A program made the position numbers and the translations under genes. From NCBI GenBank assembly GCA_050949565.1, contig JBMNFY010000017.1:1056001-1120000 (forward strand): DNA of 64,000 nucleotides. The letters run 5' to 3'. The notes beneath the pieces are model-generated. The model was given only the letters and a program-made list of their open reading frames with translations, did not search any database and was not told where the DNA came from. The DNA is from Kiritimatiellia bacterium. GTDB lineage: Bacteria; Verrucomicrobiota; Kiritimatiellia; RFP12; UBA1067. This document shows, piece after piece, positions 9,189-19,201 of this stretch (its first letter is position 1; each line of letters begins with the position of its first letter).

Positions 9189-9275
9189 ATAACGTTAGAG
9201 CTGACTCTGGGCGGCTCTTTCTTGGGCCAGAAGGTGACGACTGCCCCCGCCCTTGCGCCACCTCCACATTCAATC

Positions 9276-9388
9276 ACACGGGGACTCTACTACATCACGG
9301 GCCGATCAGTCAACCCGAAAGCGGTTTCAAACGGCGAACGGCACAGCACGTTGACGGTCTGTCGACTAAAATGATAGAGTCCCAGTGT
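9276..9388. promoter_or_regulatory. Divergent sigma70-like promoter pair
   Basis: Minus strand TTGACT-N18-TAGAGT (9313-9284) towards locus A; plus strand TTGACG-N18-TAGAGT (9351-9380) towards the hydrolase gene. Confidence 0.45.
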
Positions 9389-9453
9389 ATCGCAAGTGAT
9401 GTTTCGTATGTTTCTTGGTATGGTGAATCGCTGAAACTATATGGGGGAGAATC

Positions 9454-11463
9454 ATGATGTCATGCTTTTATCGTTGGAGCAGTGTGTTGATCGTTTCTGT
9501 AGGGGCAGTTTTTCTGATCCGCACCGCGCTATGCGAAGCCGTTGTTCCACCGTTGGAACTCATCGCTGTCAGTGATGCGGTGCGCGTGTTTGAAGATGGA
9601 TATGGGTTCACCAACAATCAAAGTCAGGCCCAAGAAATCAACGTATTCGGGTTGCGGAGCGAGACCATCTCAGCGCAGTGTGTCGTGCGCGCGGGGCGCG
9701 ACCTGCCCAAATTGACAGCCACATTGACCCCACTGAAAAAGGAGGGAAGCAATGCCCAAATCCCTGTTGAAAACCTGACTTGGAGGTTCGTGACGGACAT
9801 TCTCGTGTTGACGAATACGCCCAGAATGTGGGTGTCTGACCTGACGCGCCCGGCACCTGCCCGCTTCCCCGACTGCCTGTCTGAAGATCGTCAGTGTGCG
9901 GTGACCAATGGCGCGCTGAAAGCGATTTACCTGACGCTGCGCATACCGGCAGACGCGGAGCCGGGAGAGTACCGCGGTCATTTGAAGGCCAGTTCCGACG
10001 ATGTCGCCGCCACATTGCCCATCACGCTGAACGTGTACCCCCTGACGATGCCCGAACAACGGCACCTGCTGGTGGTTGAGTGGATGTCCACCAGACATTT
10101 TAAAAAGTTTCACGAGGTAGAGTCGGATCAATCAGATCGTTACTGGCAAATCCTGCGGGCTTACGCAAAGAACATGGTCGAACACCGGCACAACACGTTC
10201 AAGATCAGCCTTTCGCTGATTAAAACCACGGTGGATGAGAATGGCAACTACAGCTTGGACTTCTCTGAGTTCGACCGGTATGCGCAGGTTTTTTGGGAAA
10301 CAGGCCTCATGGATGCGATGGAAACCGGCTTTGTGGCGCGGCATGTCCCAGGCGGATGGTATAGCCCTGAAATCAAGATATATGACTTTTTCACGGTCTA
10401 CAACAAGGCCGACGGCAAGGCGCAAAAGGTTCCCGGCGAGGAGTTCTTGGCCAAGTTCCTGCCGCTTTTCGTCAACCATTTGCGCGAGAAAAAGTGGCTC
10501 GACAAGACGTTTTTCCACATTTGCGACGAACCCGCCAACCACAACATTACGCACTGGCGGAAGGCCTCCGAATTTGTACATCGCTGTGCGCCGGAACTCC
10601 GCAGGATTGACGCGATCGAGACGCCGCACTGTCAGGACCGGTTGGAGGTCTGGGTTCCCAAACTGGACCATCTTTCGACGTGGCAGGGCGCCTTCGAGGA
10701 GGCGCAACGGCGCGGCAATGAGCTGTGGTTCTATACGGTGGGCATCTATCAGGGCGGCGCGTTGATGAACAAGACCGTGGACGTTCCGCTGATCGACACG
10801 CGACTGATGCATTGGCTCAACTACCGTTACCAGCTTAAAGGTTATCTGCACTGGGGGTTCAATGCCTGGACCGATGACCCGTGGGAAGCGCCGGGACTGC
10901 ACCGCGGCGACGGTTGGCATGTGTACCCCAAACGGGATGGATTGCTGGATTCATTGCGCTGGGAACAGATGCGCGACGGCCTTCAGGATTATGAATGCCT
11001 GTGGTTGCTGGAAGACAAGATCCGCCAGATCGCGGCGTCGCTCAGCCCGCAGGTGGCCAAAATGATCGAGCCCACCCGGCGCGGTCGGGAGATCGCGTCC
11101 CGCGTTGTGCGCTCTTACACAGACTTCAGCCGCGATCCACAAATCCTCTACGCTGCCAGACGCCAAGCGATCGAAGAGACACTGGCCATGGATGCCGCGC
11201 CCCGTATCATCCTTCAAACATTCCCGCCGGAGCACTCCGTGACGGCACGAAATTGCGCGATTGATGTCCACGGCTGGGCTGAACCCGGAACGCGCCTGAA
11301 AATTAACAATGGTAAAGAAGCGGTGCCCGTGGCAGATGACGGCTCGTTCTTCGCGCGTGCCCATCCTTCACGTACTACGGGAATCGTTGAATTCGAGGCA
11401 GAAAATGCGAAGGGAGAACGTAAAACTTTCAGCCGCTGCTTCCGCCTGCAAACATCCCCGTGA
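9454..11463 (+). CDS. Secreted glycoside hydrolase-like protein with DUF4091 domain (GH123-like)
   Basis: Signal peptide; ICDEP acid pair; GYLHWGFNAW...GDGWHVYP...SLRWEQMRDGLQDYE. Confidence 0.75.
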   Translation: MMSCFYRWSSVLIVSVGAVFLIRTALCEAVVPPLELIAVSDAVRVFEDGYGFTNNQSQAQEINVFGLRSETISAQCVVRAGRDLPKLTATLTPLKKEGSNAQIPVENLTWRFVTDILVLTNTPRMWVSDLTRPAPARFPDCLSEDRQCAVTNGALKAIYLTLRIPADAEPGEYRGHLKASSDDVAATLPITLNVYPLTMPEQRHLLVVEWMSTRHFKKFHEVESDQSDRYWQILRAYAKNMVEHRHNTFKISLSLIKTTVDENGNYSLDFSEFDRYAQVFWETGLMDAMETGFVARHVPGGWYSPEIKIYDFFTVYNKADGKAQKVPGEEFLAKFLPLFVNHLREKKWLDKTFFHICDEPANHNITHWRKASEFVHRCAPELRRIDAIETPHCQDRLEVWVPKLDHLSTWQGAFEEAQRRGNELWFYTVGIYQGGALMNKTVDVPLIDTRLMHWLNYRYQLKGYLHWGFNAWTDDPWEAPGLHRGDGWHVYPKRDGLLDSLRWEQMRDGLQDYECLWLLEDKIRQIAASLSPQVAKMIEPTRRGREIASRVVRSYTDFSRDPQILYAARRQAIEETLAMDAAPRIILQTFPPEHSVTARNCAIDVHGWAEPGTRLKINNGKEAVPVADDGSFFARAHPSRTTGIVEFEAENAKGERKTFSRCFRLQTSP

Positions 11464-11481
11464 TCGGCAACACAACCGGGA

Positions 11482-11576
11482 CTCTTGCAAAACCCTTTGC
11501 TTGCAAGTGTGGCACGGGCATCTTGCCCGTGTGTTTCATGGGCGAGACGCCCATGCCACGAGGCGTTTTGCAAGAG
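11482..11576. repeat. REP-like nested palindromic intergenic element
   Basis: Outer inverted repeat CTCTTGCAAAAC...GTTTTGCAAGAG enclosing the inverted pair GTGGCACGGGCATCTTGCCCGTG / CATGGGCGAGACGCCCATGCCAC; degenerate relative at ~15102-15163. Confidence 0.65.
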
Positions 11577-11710
11577 CCTCAACCGACAAAAAAACAGCGA
11601 GGTTGCTTGCACTGCCCAACGATTTGTTGTAAAAAGCAAGTGAATCTGGAGGGAGGTTTGGGTCGGGGTGTGTTCACGCCCTGAGTGTTAGCAAGAAGAG
11701 GATCTGAACC

Positions 11711-12246
11711 ATGGATACAGAATCTGACCGTCCGCAACGCGATCAGCATCCCACAGCAGATGCATCGGCAATGGAACAGCGAACAGACTGCCCATCATGC
11801 GGCAATGCCGTCTCCGATCCAGTCATGCCGTCTCCCCCTCCTGTACCACAAACATCGAGCGAAATTATGTTCTGCCCGAAATGTGGACAGCAGAACCTGG
11901 AAAACAACTTCAGATGTACGCGCTGCGGGTTTGTCCTTCACGACCCCGCACAGCCGCAATATGTCGTCACGGATGACAACACGCTGGCGGGCTGATCCCA
12001 TACAAGAATGTGCAAGCGTTATTGGCATACTACTTGGGGGTCTTCTCGCTTATCCCATGTATCGGCATTCCCCTCGGAATAGCGGCGCTGGTACTGGGAA
12101 TCAAAGGTCTGAAGTATGCCAAGCTTCATCCCGAAGCCAAGGGTAAAGCGCACGCATGGGCAGGAATTATCTTGGGCACACTCTGTGCCGTCGCCTATAC
12201 CCTGCTGACGCTGATCGTGGCGTCGGTGTCATTCATGTTTGGATGA
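11711..12246 (+). CDS. Zinc-ribbon + DUF4190 membrane protein (apparent 1-bp frameshift at ~11985-11992)
   Basis: CPSCG and FCPKCG...CTRCG knuckles; the frame change gives GGLIPYKNVQALLAYYLGVFSLIPCIG...GKAHAWAGIILG. Confidence 0.7.
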
Positions 12247-12279
12247 TGGATGTGTCCAACTAACAGAAAGGAACGAGAC

Positions 12280-12638
12280 ATGTACTGCAGGAAATGTGGC
12301 ACACAGAATGATGACAACGCACACCTGTGTATCAAGTGCGGCGAGGTGCTTCAGCAGATCGGTGGGGCAGGCGACCCTCCGGTGAAAATTCCCAATTACC
12401 TCGCGCAATCCATTCTGGTGACGCTGTTCTGTTGCATGCCGCTTGGCATCCCCGCGATCATTTTTCCGCTCAGGTGAACGGTAAGATTCAGGCGGGCGAT
12501 ATTCCCGGTGCGCTGGAGGCGTCTCGCAAAGCCAAGGTTTGGGCCTGGTGGTCGTTCGGGATCGGCCTCATTTCATCGGTACTCTATGCCATTAGTGTAA
12601 TCGTTGGCATGTTCGTCGAAACCGCAGGTGCCCGATAA
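12280..12638 (+). CDS. Zinc-ribbon + CD225/dispanin-family membrane protein (apparent 1-bp frameshift in T5 at 12461-12465)
   Basis: MYCRKCG...CIKCG; PNYLAQSILVTLFCCMPLGIPAIIF|SAQVN...GDIPGALEASRKAK.W is the CD225 pattern. Confidence 0.75.
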
Positions 12639-13023
12639 ATTGGTTCGAGAAAAGAAACGCTCTCTGGCGGCGCTCATCATTGGGGGGGCAGTCGCCTTCA
12701 CAGCACTCTGTGTCTTGTACGCCGTCAACCCCTCAAAATCGCAGCTGTTTCCGCCGTGCCCCCTGTATCGGTTGACCGGCCTGTACTGCCCGGGTTGTGG
12801 TTCGCTACGGGCAACGCACTCGCTGCTTCACGGAGATCTTAAGGGCGCGCTCGGCATGAATCCGCTGATGGTTCTTTCCTTGCCCATCCTTGGCCTTCTT
12901 TTGATGCGGCCGCGTTGGGCATATTTACGGTGGATGCCGTGGGCCGCATTCGTACTTCTGGTCGTCTATGGCGTTGCCAGAAACATCCCGATGTGGCCGT
13001 TCACCTTGCTTGCGCCAAGATGA
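12604..13023 (+). CDS. DUF2752 family membrane protein
   Basis: PPCPLYRLTGLYCPGCGSLRATHSLLHGD...NPL; true start may be slightly downstream. Confidence 0.85.
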   Translation: MACSSKPQVPDKLVREKKRSLAALIIGGAVAFTALCVLYAVNPSKSQLFPPCPLYRLTGLYCPGCGSLRATHSLLHGDLKGALGMNPLMVLSLPILGLLLMRPRWAYLRWMPWAAFVLLVVYGVARNIPMWPFTLLAPR

Positions 13024-13026
13024 CGT

Positions 13027-14358
13027 TCAGCTAATTTCGCGCGCAGTGCGGCGGGGACGGCGGCGGCGGGAGCGGCGGCGCGTACCGCTGCTCTCCTTTT
13101 CAGCATCGCGCGGCGCGTCCGTGTCGTCCCGCGTTTCGCGCTGTGCGCGCTGGCCCGCCTGCTGCGCGTACAATGCCTGCCACTCATCGAGACAAGAGTG
13201 ATCGGCCTTCTCGGCGGTCAGCAGGATACGCTGGAAGGCCAGCGCTTCCGGAAAACTCGGGTGAGAAAGAAAACGACGGCCGCGTCCTTTGGTCGGCGAG
13301 TCGGCGAACCGGCGCGGCACGTCCATCAATGCCTGTGCCGTGTAGAGCGTGGCTTTGGGGATGTGCAACCGCTGCGTCACGGTGTGCAGTGCCCGACGCG
13401 CGACATGCTGCCGGTTGACGCGGCCATTCGGACTGCGCCGTTCCTCCTGCCGCAACAGGCTGAAAAAAAACGGGTAGATGAGACAGGCGAGACGCACGCC
13501 GTTGGAAAGCTCCTCGTTGGCGGCATCGGCATCAAGTGCGCCCAGATAGTCCCAAAGCGGCGACTTCTTGCCGCCCGATTCTTTAATGTAGGCGTCCAAC
13601 TCCGGCAGCAGATCACCCAGCAGTTCATACTCCCACAGTAGCATGAACGCGGCGCGGGACGAGCCGAACGTAAAGAGGCGAAAGATCTCCTCGCAGAGAC
13701 GGGGCGCAGAGGCCTTGAGAATGTCGGCGTGATGTTTCAAGATGGCCTTGCTGCTGGCGCGGTCGACCGTGAACCCCAGACGCGACGCAAATTTGACGGC
13801 CCGCATCATGCGCACCGGGTCTTCGCGGAAGCGGATGTTAGGATCGCCGATACACCGCAACAGCCGCTTCTCAAGGTCTTTCAGGCCGCCCACATAGTCG
13901 ATCACAGAGAAGGTTTTGATGTCGTAGAAAAGCCCGTTCACTGTGAAATCACGGCGCTTGGCGTCCTCCTCCGGCGTGCCGAAGGTGTTGTCTTCGGTTT
14001 GGTACAGGCCGTTTTCACTCTCCACTGTATCGGGCTGACGCCGGAAGGTGCTGGTTTCGATCACCTTGCGTCCAAAGACGATGTGTGCCAACCGGAAACG
14101 CCTACCGATCAGAAAGCAATTGCGGAACAGGCGGCGGATCTCATTTGGCCGCGCATCCGTTCCGACATCAAAATCCTTGGGCTGGCGGCCGAGCAACAGG
14201 TCGCGCACGCTACCGCCAACAAGATAGGCGACGTGCCCGGCTTTTGCCAGGCGATAGAGCACTTTCAGTGCGTCGGGATCAATGTTTGAGCGTGAAATAC
14301 AGTGTTCAGCGCGTTCGCAGATCACGGGCGCGTCATTACGTTTAAAAAAAGGAATCAT
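13027..14358 (-). CDS. pcnB: Poly(A) polymerase I
   Basis: YLVGGSVRDLLLG..PKDFDV, LIGRRFRLAHIVF (PAP-specific loop), RRDFTVN, FREDPVRMMRA, Arg-rich tail; start taken at MIPFFKR. Confidence 0.9.
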   Translation of the reverse strand: MIPFFKRNDAPVICERAEHCISRSNIDPDALKVLYRLAKAGHVAYLVGGSVRDLLLGRQPKDFDVGTDARPNEIRRLFRNCFLIGRRFRLAHIVFGRKVIETSTFRRQPDTVESENGLYQTEDNTFGTPEEDAKRRDFTVNGLFYDIKTFSVIDYVGGLKDLEKRLLRCIGDPNIRFREDPVRMMRAVKFASRLGFTVDRASSKAILKHHADILKASAPRLCEEIFRLFTFGSSRAAFMLLWEYELLGDLLPELDAYIKESGGKKSPLWDYLGALDADAANEELSNGVRLACLIYPFFFSLLRQEERRSPNGRVNRQHVARRALHTVTQRLHIPKATLYTAQALMDVPRRFADSPTKGRGRRFLSHPSFPEALAFQRILLTAEKADHSCLDEWQALYAQQAGQRAQRETRDDTDAPRDAEKESSGTRRRSRRRRPRRTAREIS

Positions 14359-14497
14359 CGTGCAAATCGTTCGTTCATGTTTACAACAACCGGGCAAGTA
14401 TGACAAAAAGCCCCCCCCGAAACAAGTTGGTTTCTGGTTTTGACTTACCACCGCGGTATCGCGGTTTGACCGCGCGTGCTTATTGAATCGTAAGGCA

Positions 14498-15025
14498 CTA
14501 ATTTCCCCAACGGCCGTTGTGCACGAAATCCGGATTGAAGCGCGTACGGGGCGCAGGCGTTTCCGCCGGTCGACCGATGGAGATCGCGGCGATCGGCAGG
14601 ATCGCCTCGGGCACACCGAACAGGCGGCGAATACCGGTCACGCGGTCTTCGTTCGGGTGGACACCCAGCCAAACCGCACCGAGCCCAAGCAGATGCGCGG
14701 CTATCAGCAGATTCTGGACGGCGGCTGAACAGTCCTGTAACAGGTAGGAGAGTTCTTGGCGATTAGCCTGCGCCTGATCGCCGCAGACAATGATTCCGAG
14801 AGGAGCGTGACGGAGCATCTTGCCGTACGGCAGCAGGTCCGCCAACGCATCGAGGTCCGCGCGCTCGCGTACCACTAGAAAGCGCCACGGATCGCACGCC
14901 CTGGCGGACGGCGCGGCCATCGCAGCCTGCAGTAGAGCGCGAAGCTCATCATCACTGACCGCCTCGCCTTGACGGTAAACGCGAACACTGCGCCTTTCTA
15001 AGAGGGGAAGAATCTTATCGTTCAT
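14498..15025 (-). CDS. Nitroreductase family protein
   Basis: RRSVR.Y, AAMAAPSA...PWRF, QDCSAAVQNLLIAAHLLGLGAVW. Confidence 0.9.
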   Translation of the reverse strand: MNDKILPLLERRSVRVYRQGEAVSDDELRALLQAAMAAPSARACDPWRFLVVRERADLDALADLLPYGKMLRHAPLGIIVCGDQAQANRQELSYLLQDCSAAVQNLLIAAHLLGLGAVWLGVHPNEDRVTGIRRLFGVPEAILPIAAISIGRPAETPAPRTRFNPDFVHNGRWGN

Positions 15026-15291
15026 AGGTCACTCCTTCTTTCATTTTCTGTTCCAAACGATCATAACAAAACCGCCCCAAAACGCAAATTGCAGATTGCG
15101 GCTCTTGCACCCCGCACGTGGCATGGGCGGTCCGAAGCACACGGGCAGGATACCTGTGTCACATGAAGGTTCAACCCTTTCCAAAAAAATAACTGAATGG
15201 TGGACATGACGCAGAGGCGGAAATATGCTTTAATAGCTACGCTGAACTGGATAGAAGGCCCGCAGACAAGTTGTTAAGTACGGGGGATAGC

Positions 15292-16083
15292 ATGCACATT
15301 GTTGTTTGTGTCAAACAGGTTCCGGATACGACGAATGTCCGTATCAATCCGGAGACCAATACGTTAATGCGTGAAGGGGTGGAAAGCATCATCAACCCCT
15401 TCGATGAATTCGCTTTGGAAGAGGCGCTCAAGCTGAAGGATGCCCACGGTGCGCGCGTCTCGGTCGTCTCGATGGGACCGCCGCAGGCGGAGGTCGTGTT
15501 GCGCGAGGCCATGGCCCGTGGCGCTGACGATGTGGTGTTGCTGACCGACCGTGCCTTTGCCGGCGCGGATACGCTGGCCACCTCGTATGCGATCTCGCAA
15601 GCGATCAAGAAGATCAACGCGCGGCCCGATCTGGTGCTCTTCGGAAAACAGGCGATCGACGGCGACACCGCGCAGGTGGGGCCCGGCGTCTCGGAGTTTC
15701 TGGGCTACCCGCTCGTCACGTATGCCAAGTCGATCAAGGTCGAGGGCGATACGTACACCGTCGAGACCATGATGGATGAGGGCGTGGACGTGATCGAAGG
15801 GAAGCTGCCTGCCGTGATGACCGTCGTTAAGGAGGCTTCGACGCCGCGCTTCGCCACGCTCAGCGGCTGGATGCAGGCCAAGAAGGCCGATATCCCGCGC
15901 TGGGGGGCGAAAGATGTCAATGCGGACCTTACCATGTGCGGGCTGGATGGATCGCCCACCAAGGTGGTCAAGATCTTCGCACCGCCGGTTAAGACTGGCG
16001 GGACGCGCATGGATGGCCGCGAGCAACCTTCGGCGGCGGTTGACGCGATCGTGAAACTGTTGCAGGAAAAGGGAGTGGCATAA
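15292..16083 (+). CDS. etfB: Electron transfer flavoprotein beta subunit
   Basis: MHIVVCVKQVPDT, INPFD..ALEEAL, DRAFAGADT, GKQAIDGDTAQVGP. Confidence 0.95.
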   Translation: MHIVVCVKQVPDTTNVRINPETNTLMREGVESIINPFDEFALEEALKLKDAHGARVSVVSMGPPQAEVVLREAMARGADDVVLLTDRAFAGADTLATSYAISQAIKKINARPDLVLFGKQAIDGDTAQVGPGVSEFLGYPLVTYAKSIKVEGDTYTVETMMDEGVDVIEGKLPAVMTVVKEASTPRFATLSGWMQAKKADIPRWGAKDVNADLTMCGLDGSPTKVVKIFAPPVKTGGTRMDGREQPSAAVDAIVKLLQEKGVA

Positions 16084-16085
16084 TT

Positions 16086-17288
16086 ATGGCAGACGCACCG
16101 ATTTTCATTGATCCCGAGAAGTGCCGGGGTTGCAAGAAATGTATTACTGCGTGCCCGTTCGACGCGCTTTACATGGAGGGCAAGTTGGCGGTGGTCAAGC
16201 CGGACGAGTGCCGCGCCTGCAACGCCTGCGTTAAAGCCTGTCCGTTCAAAGCGATTGTCTCGACAGCGGCCGAGACCCCGAAGGCCGACCTCAGCGCTTT
16301 CAAGGGCATCTGGGTCTTTGCTGAGCAGCATCAAGGCAAGGTGCAGGAGGTGGCGTATGAGCTGCTGGCCACAGGCCGTCGTTTGGCCAAAGACCGTGGT
16401 TGCGAATTGGCGGCCGTGGTGTTGGGCCACAACGTCAAGGATTCGGCAGCGCACCTGATTGCGGCCGGTGCCGACAAGGTTTATATGGTCGATCAGCCCG
16501 AACTGGCTGCGTACGAGGCGGATGTCTACACCGACGCGCTCAACCAGTTGATCGCGAAATACAAGCCTGAAGTGGTTCTCGCGGGTGCCACGGCGGTGGG
16601 GCGTGCCTTCTTTGCCAAGGTGGCGGTGCGTGCGCGTACCGGCCTGACGGCTGACTGCACGGCGCTGTCGATCGACAAAGAGAGCTATCTGTTGCACCAG
16701 ACCCGTCCGGCGTTTGGCGGCAACATCATGGCTACCATCATGACGCCCAACCATCGGCCGCAGATGGCGACGGTGCGTCCGAAGGTCTTCAGGATGGCAC
16801 CGCCCGATCCCAAACGCAAGGGCGAGACGCTGATCGAGGCGCTCAAGTTGGTCGCCGGCAACACGCGCATCATCAAGACCGAGCGCAGCTCATCGAGCGT
16901 GAATATCGCCGAGGCCGAAATTATCGTGGCCGGCGGACGCGGCCTGAAGAAGGCCGAGAATCTGGAGCAACTCAAGCGTCTGGCCGACTTGCTCGGCGGC
17001 GTCGTGGGCGTGTCGCGCGCCTGCGTGGATGCCGGCTGGATCTCGGCCGCGTATCAGGTGGGGCAGACCGGTAAGACCGTGTGCCCGAAGCTCTATTTGG
17101 CGTTCGGCATCTCCGGCGCGATCCAGCATCTGGAGGGCATGCGTGGAGCCGATACGATTATTGCGATTAACACCGATCCCCATGCCGCGATTTTCAATGT
17201 GGCGGATCTCGGGATCGTAGGCGACCTGTTTGAAATCCTGCCGATGCTGATCGAAGCGATCGAGGCAAAACACAACGGCGCGAAATAA
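16086..17288 (+). CDS. etfA: Electron transfer flavoprotein alpha subunit with N-terminal 2x[4Fe-4S] domain
   Basis: CRGCKKCITACP and CRACNACVKACP; TGLTADCT, RPAFGGN, QVGQTGK, GISGAIQH. Confidence 0.95.
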   Translation: MADAPIFIDPEKCRGCKKCITACPFDALYMEGKLAVVKPDECRACNACVKACPFKAIVSTAAETPKADLSAFKGIWVFAEQHQGKVQEVAYELLATGRRLAKDRGCELAAVVLGHNVKDSAAHLIAAGADKVYMVDQPELAAYEADVYTDALNQLIAKYKPEVVLAGATAVGRAFFAKVAVRARTGLTADCTALSIDKESYLLHQTRPAFGGNIMATIMTPNHRPQMATVRPKVFRMAPPDPKRKGETLIEALKLVAGNTRIIKTERSSSSVNIAEAEIIVAGGRGLKKAENLEQLKRLADLLGGVVGVSRACVDAGWISAAYQVGQTGKTVCPKLYLAFGISGAIQHLEGMRGADTIIAINTDPHAAIFNVADLGIVGDLFEILPMLIEAIEAKHNGAK

Positions 17289-17323
17289 GTCAGGAAACCG
17301 GAATTTTTTGGGGAGAAGGCATT

Positions 17324-18961
17324 ATGGCGAACACGACGAAACAGCCGATTCACACCGACATCCTCTGCGTAGGGGCTGGCGTTGCCTCGCTGGCGACAGC
17401 GCTGGCGTTGCTGCGCACGCTCAAGGCGCAGGCGAAAGGGTCTTTGCCGCGTGTGACGATCATTGAGAAGGGCCGCAATGTGGGCAGCCACGTGCTGTCC
17501 GGCGCGGTGATTGACATGAGTGGGTTCGAAGGGCTGCTGACCAAGGAAGAGGCCGACAAGATACCGGTCGAGGCGCGCGTTACCACTGAAGCGTTCCACA
17601 TGCTGTTCAACGCGACGAGCGCGATGAAGATCCCGTGGGTCCCGCCGATGATGCAGGCGCACGGCTATCCGGTCGGCTCGTTGACCAAGCTCACGCAGTA
17701 TCTGGCGCAGCTCTGCGAACAAGAGGGCGCAGAGGTTTACGCCGGTTTCGCTGCGACCGAGCTGATCGAGGACAATAAAGGCCGTGTGATCGGTGTCAAG
17801 ATCGGCGACAAGGGCCTGGATCGCGAAGGCAAGCCGAAGAGCAACTACACGCCGGGCGAGGAAGTCTACGCCAAGGTCGTGGTGTTGGGCGAGGGCGCTT
17901 GCGGCATCCTGACCGACAAACTGATCGCGCGTAAGGGCTTGCAGGGGCGGCGCGGCCAGTCCTACGCCGTGGGCATCAAAGAGGTGATCGAGATTCCGGC
18001 CAACGAGGCGCGGAGCGGCGAGATCGCCCACACGTTTGGTTACCCGGCCGACTGGAGCACCTACGGCGGCGGATTCATTTATCATATGTCGCCCACGCAG
18101 GTGTTAGTCTGCTACGCCTACGCGCTGGACTATGCTCATCCCGAGGTCGACCTACACATGCTCTTCCGCAAGTTCAAGGCGCATCCGGTGGTGGCCGAGC
18201 ATATCAAAGGCGGCAAGGCCGTGGCCTACGGCGCCAAAGTAATCCCCGAGGGCGGTGTCTACTCAGTACCACAGGTGGTCGCCGACGGCGCGTTGATCGT
18301 GGGTGACGGCGCGGGTCTGGTGGATACGTTGCGCATTAAGGGTATTCACATCGCGGCGCAGTCCGGTCGCGCGGCGGCAGAAACGCTGGCCGAGTGCTGG
18401 AACAAGAATGACTTTTCGTTCGAGGCGCTCAAACCCTACGGCGAACGGCTCAAGCAGACCCAAGGCTGGAAGCAGCTCGAACGCGTCAAGAACGTGCGCG
18501 CGCCTTTCTCGACCAACCTGTTGCTTGGCGTGATGAGCGCGGGCTTTGCTTGGGCGACCTTCGGCAAGTTCCCCTTCTGGATGGTGCCGATGGCCCCCGA
18601 CCACGAGGAAACGCTACCGCTCAAGGGCGGACGCATGCCGGAGCCCGAGAGCATGGAGACCAGCCCACTCTCGCCTGACCGTCTGACCGACGTCTTCATG
18701 TCCGGTACGATCCACGACGAGGATCAACCGTGCCACCTGAAGATTCTGGACCGCGCGAAGTGCGAGGAGTGCATCAAGGTCTACGGCGCGCCCTGCCAGC
18801 GCTTCTGTCCGGCTGAGGTGTACCGTTTAGAGGATGGCCACATCCATGTGGACTTCTCCAACTGCCTGCACTGCAAGACCTGTCAGATCAAGGATCCGTA
18901 CCAGAACATCGAGTGGACCTTCCCGCAAGCCGGCGACGGTCCGCGCTACACGCGCATGTGA
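17324..18961 (+). CDS. ETF-quinone oxidoreductase (FixC/FixX-like fused architecture)
   Basis: VGAGVA FAD site, GSHVLSGAV, KGIH.A..SG, C-terminal CQRFCPAEVY and NCLHCKTCQIKDP. Confidence 0.9.
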   Translation: MANTTKQPIHTDILCVGAGVASLATALALLRTLKAQAKGSLPRVTIIEKGRNVGSHVLSGAVIDMSGFEGLLTKEEADKIPVEARVTTEAFHMLFNATSAMKIPWVPPMMQAHGYPVGSLTKLTQYLAQLCEQEGAEVYAGFAATELIEDNKGRVIGVKIGDKGLDREGKPKSNYTPGEEVYAKVVVLGEGACGILTDKLIARKGLQGRRGQSYAVGIKEVIEIPANEARSGEIAHTFGYPADWSTYGGGFIYHMSPTQVLVCYAYALDYAHPEVDLHMLFRKFKAHPVVAEHIKGGKAVAYGAKVIPEGGVYSVPQVVADGALIVGDGAGLVDTLRIKGIHIAAQSGRAAAETLAECWNKNDFSFEALKPYGERLKQTQGWKQLERVKNVRAPFSTNLLLGVMSAGFAWATFGKFPFWMVPMAPDHEETLPLKGGRMPEPESMETSPLSPDRLTDVFMSGTIHDEDQPCHLKILDRAKCEECIKVYGAPCQRFCPAEVYRLEDGHIHVDFSNCLHCKTCQIKDPYQNIEWTFPQAGDGPRYTRM

Positions 18962-19201
18962 CCCGGCGCCGCACAACAGCGCGGCGCGCGGAGTTGACAT
19001 TTAGGATTTGGGATTTAGGAGGTTTTGGCAGTGTCGCCAGTCGCCTGTCGGCTTTCCCCTTGTTGCAACCACGCAGTGGTTCGCAACGGTAAGTGTAAAG
19101 GCCTTGGCATTGCTCACCACTCGCCCCGCGCTGTGCGCGGATTCAGCTTTCATGAAGTTTCATGTGTTTCATGGTTTCACTTCAGCGTTGAGCGTTCTAC
19201 C

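Noticed and set aside
11711-12638. Pseudogenisation of the DUF4190 and CD225 genes (and of 8204-9188 and 29355-33259)
   Set aside because: Each is a single-base indel, mostly in short homopolymers, with both halves otherwise intact; long-read consensus error is more likely, though unproven without reads.
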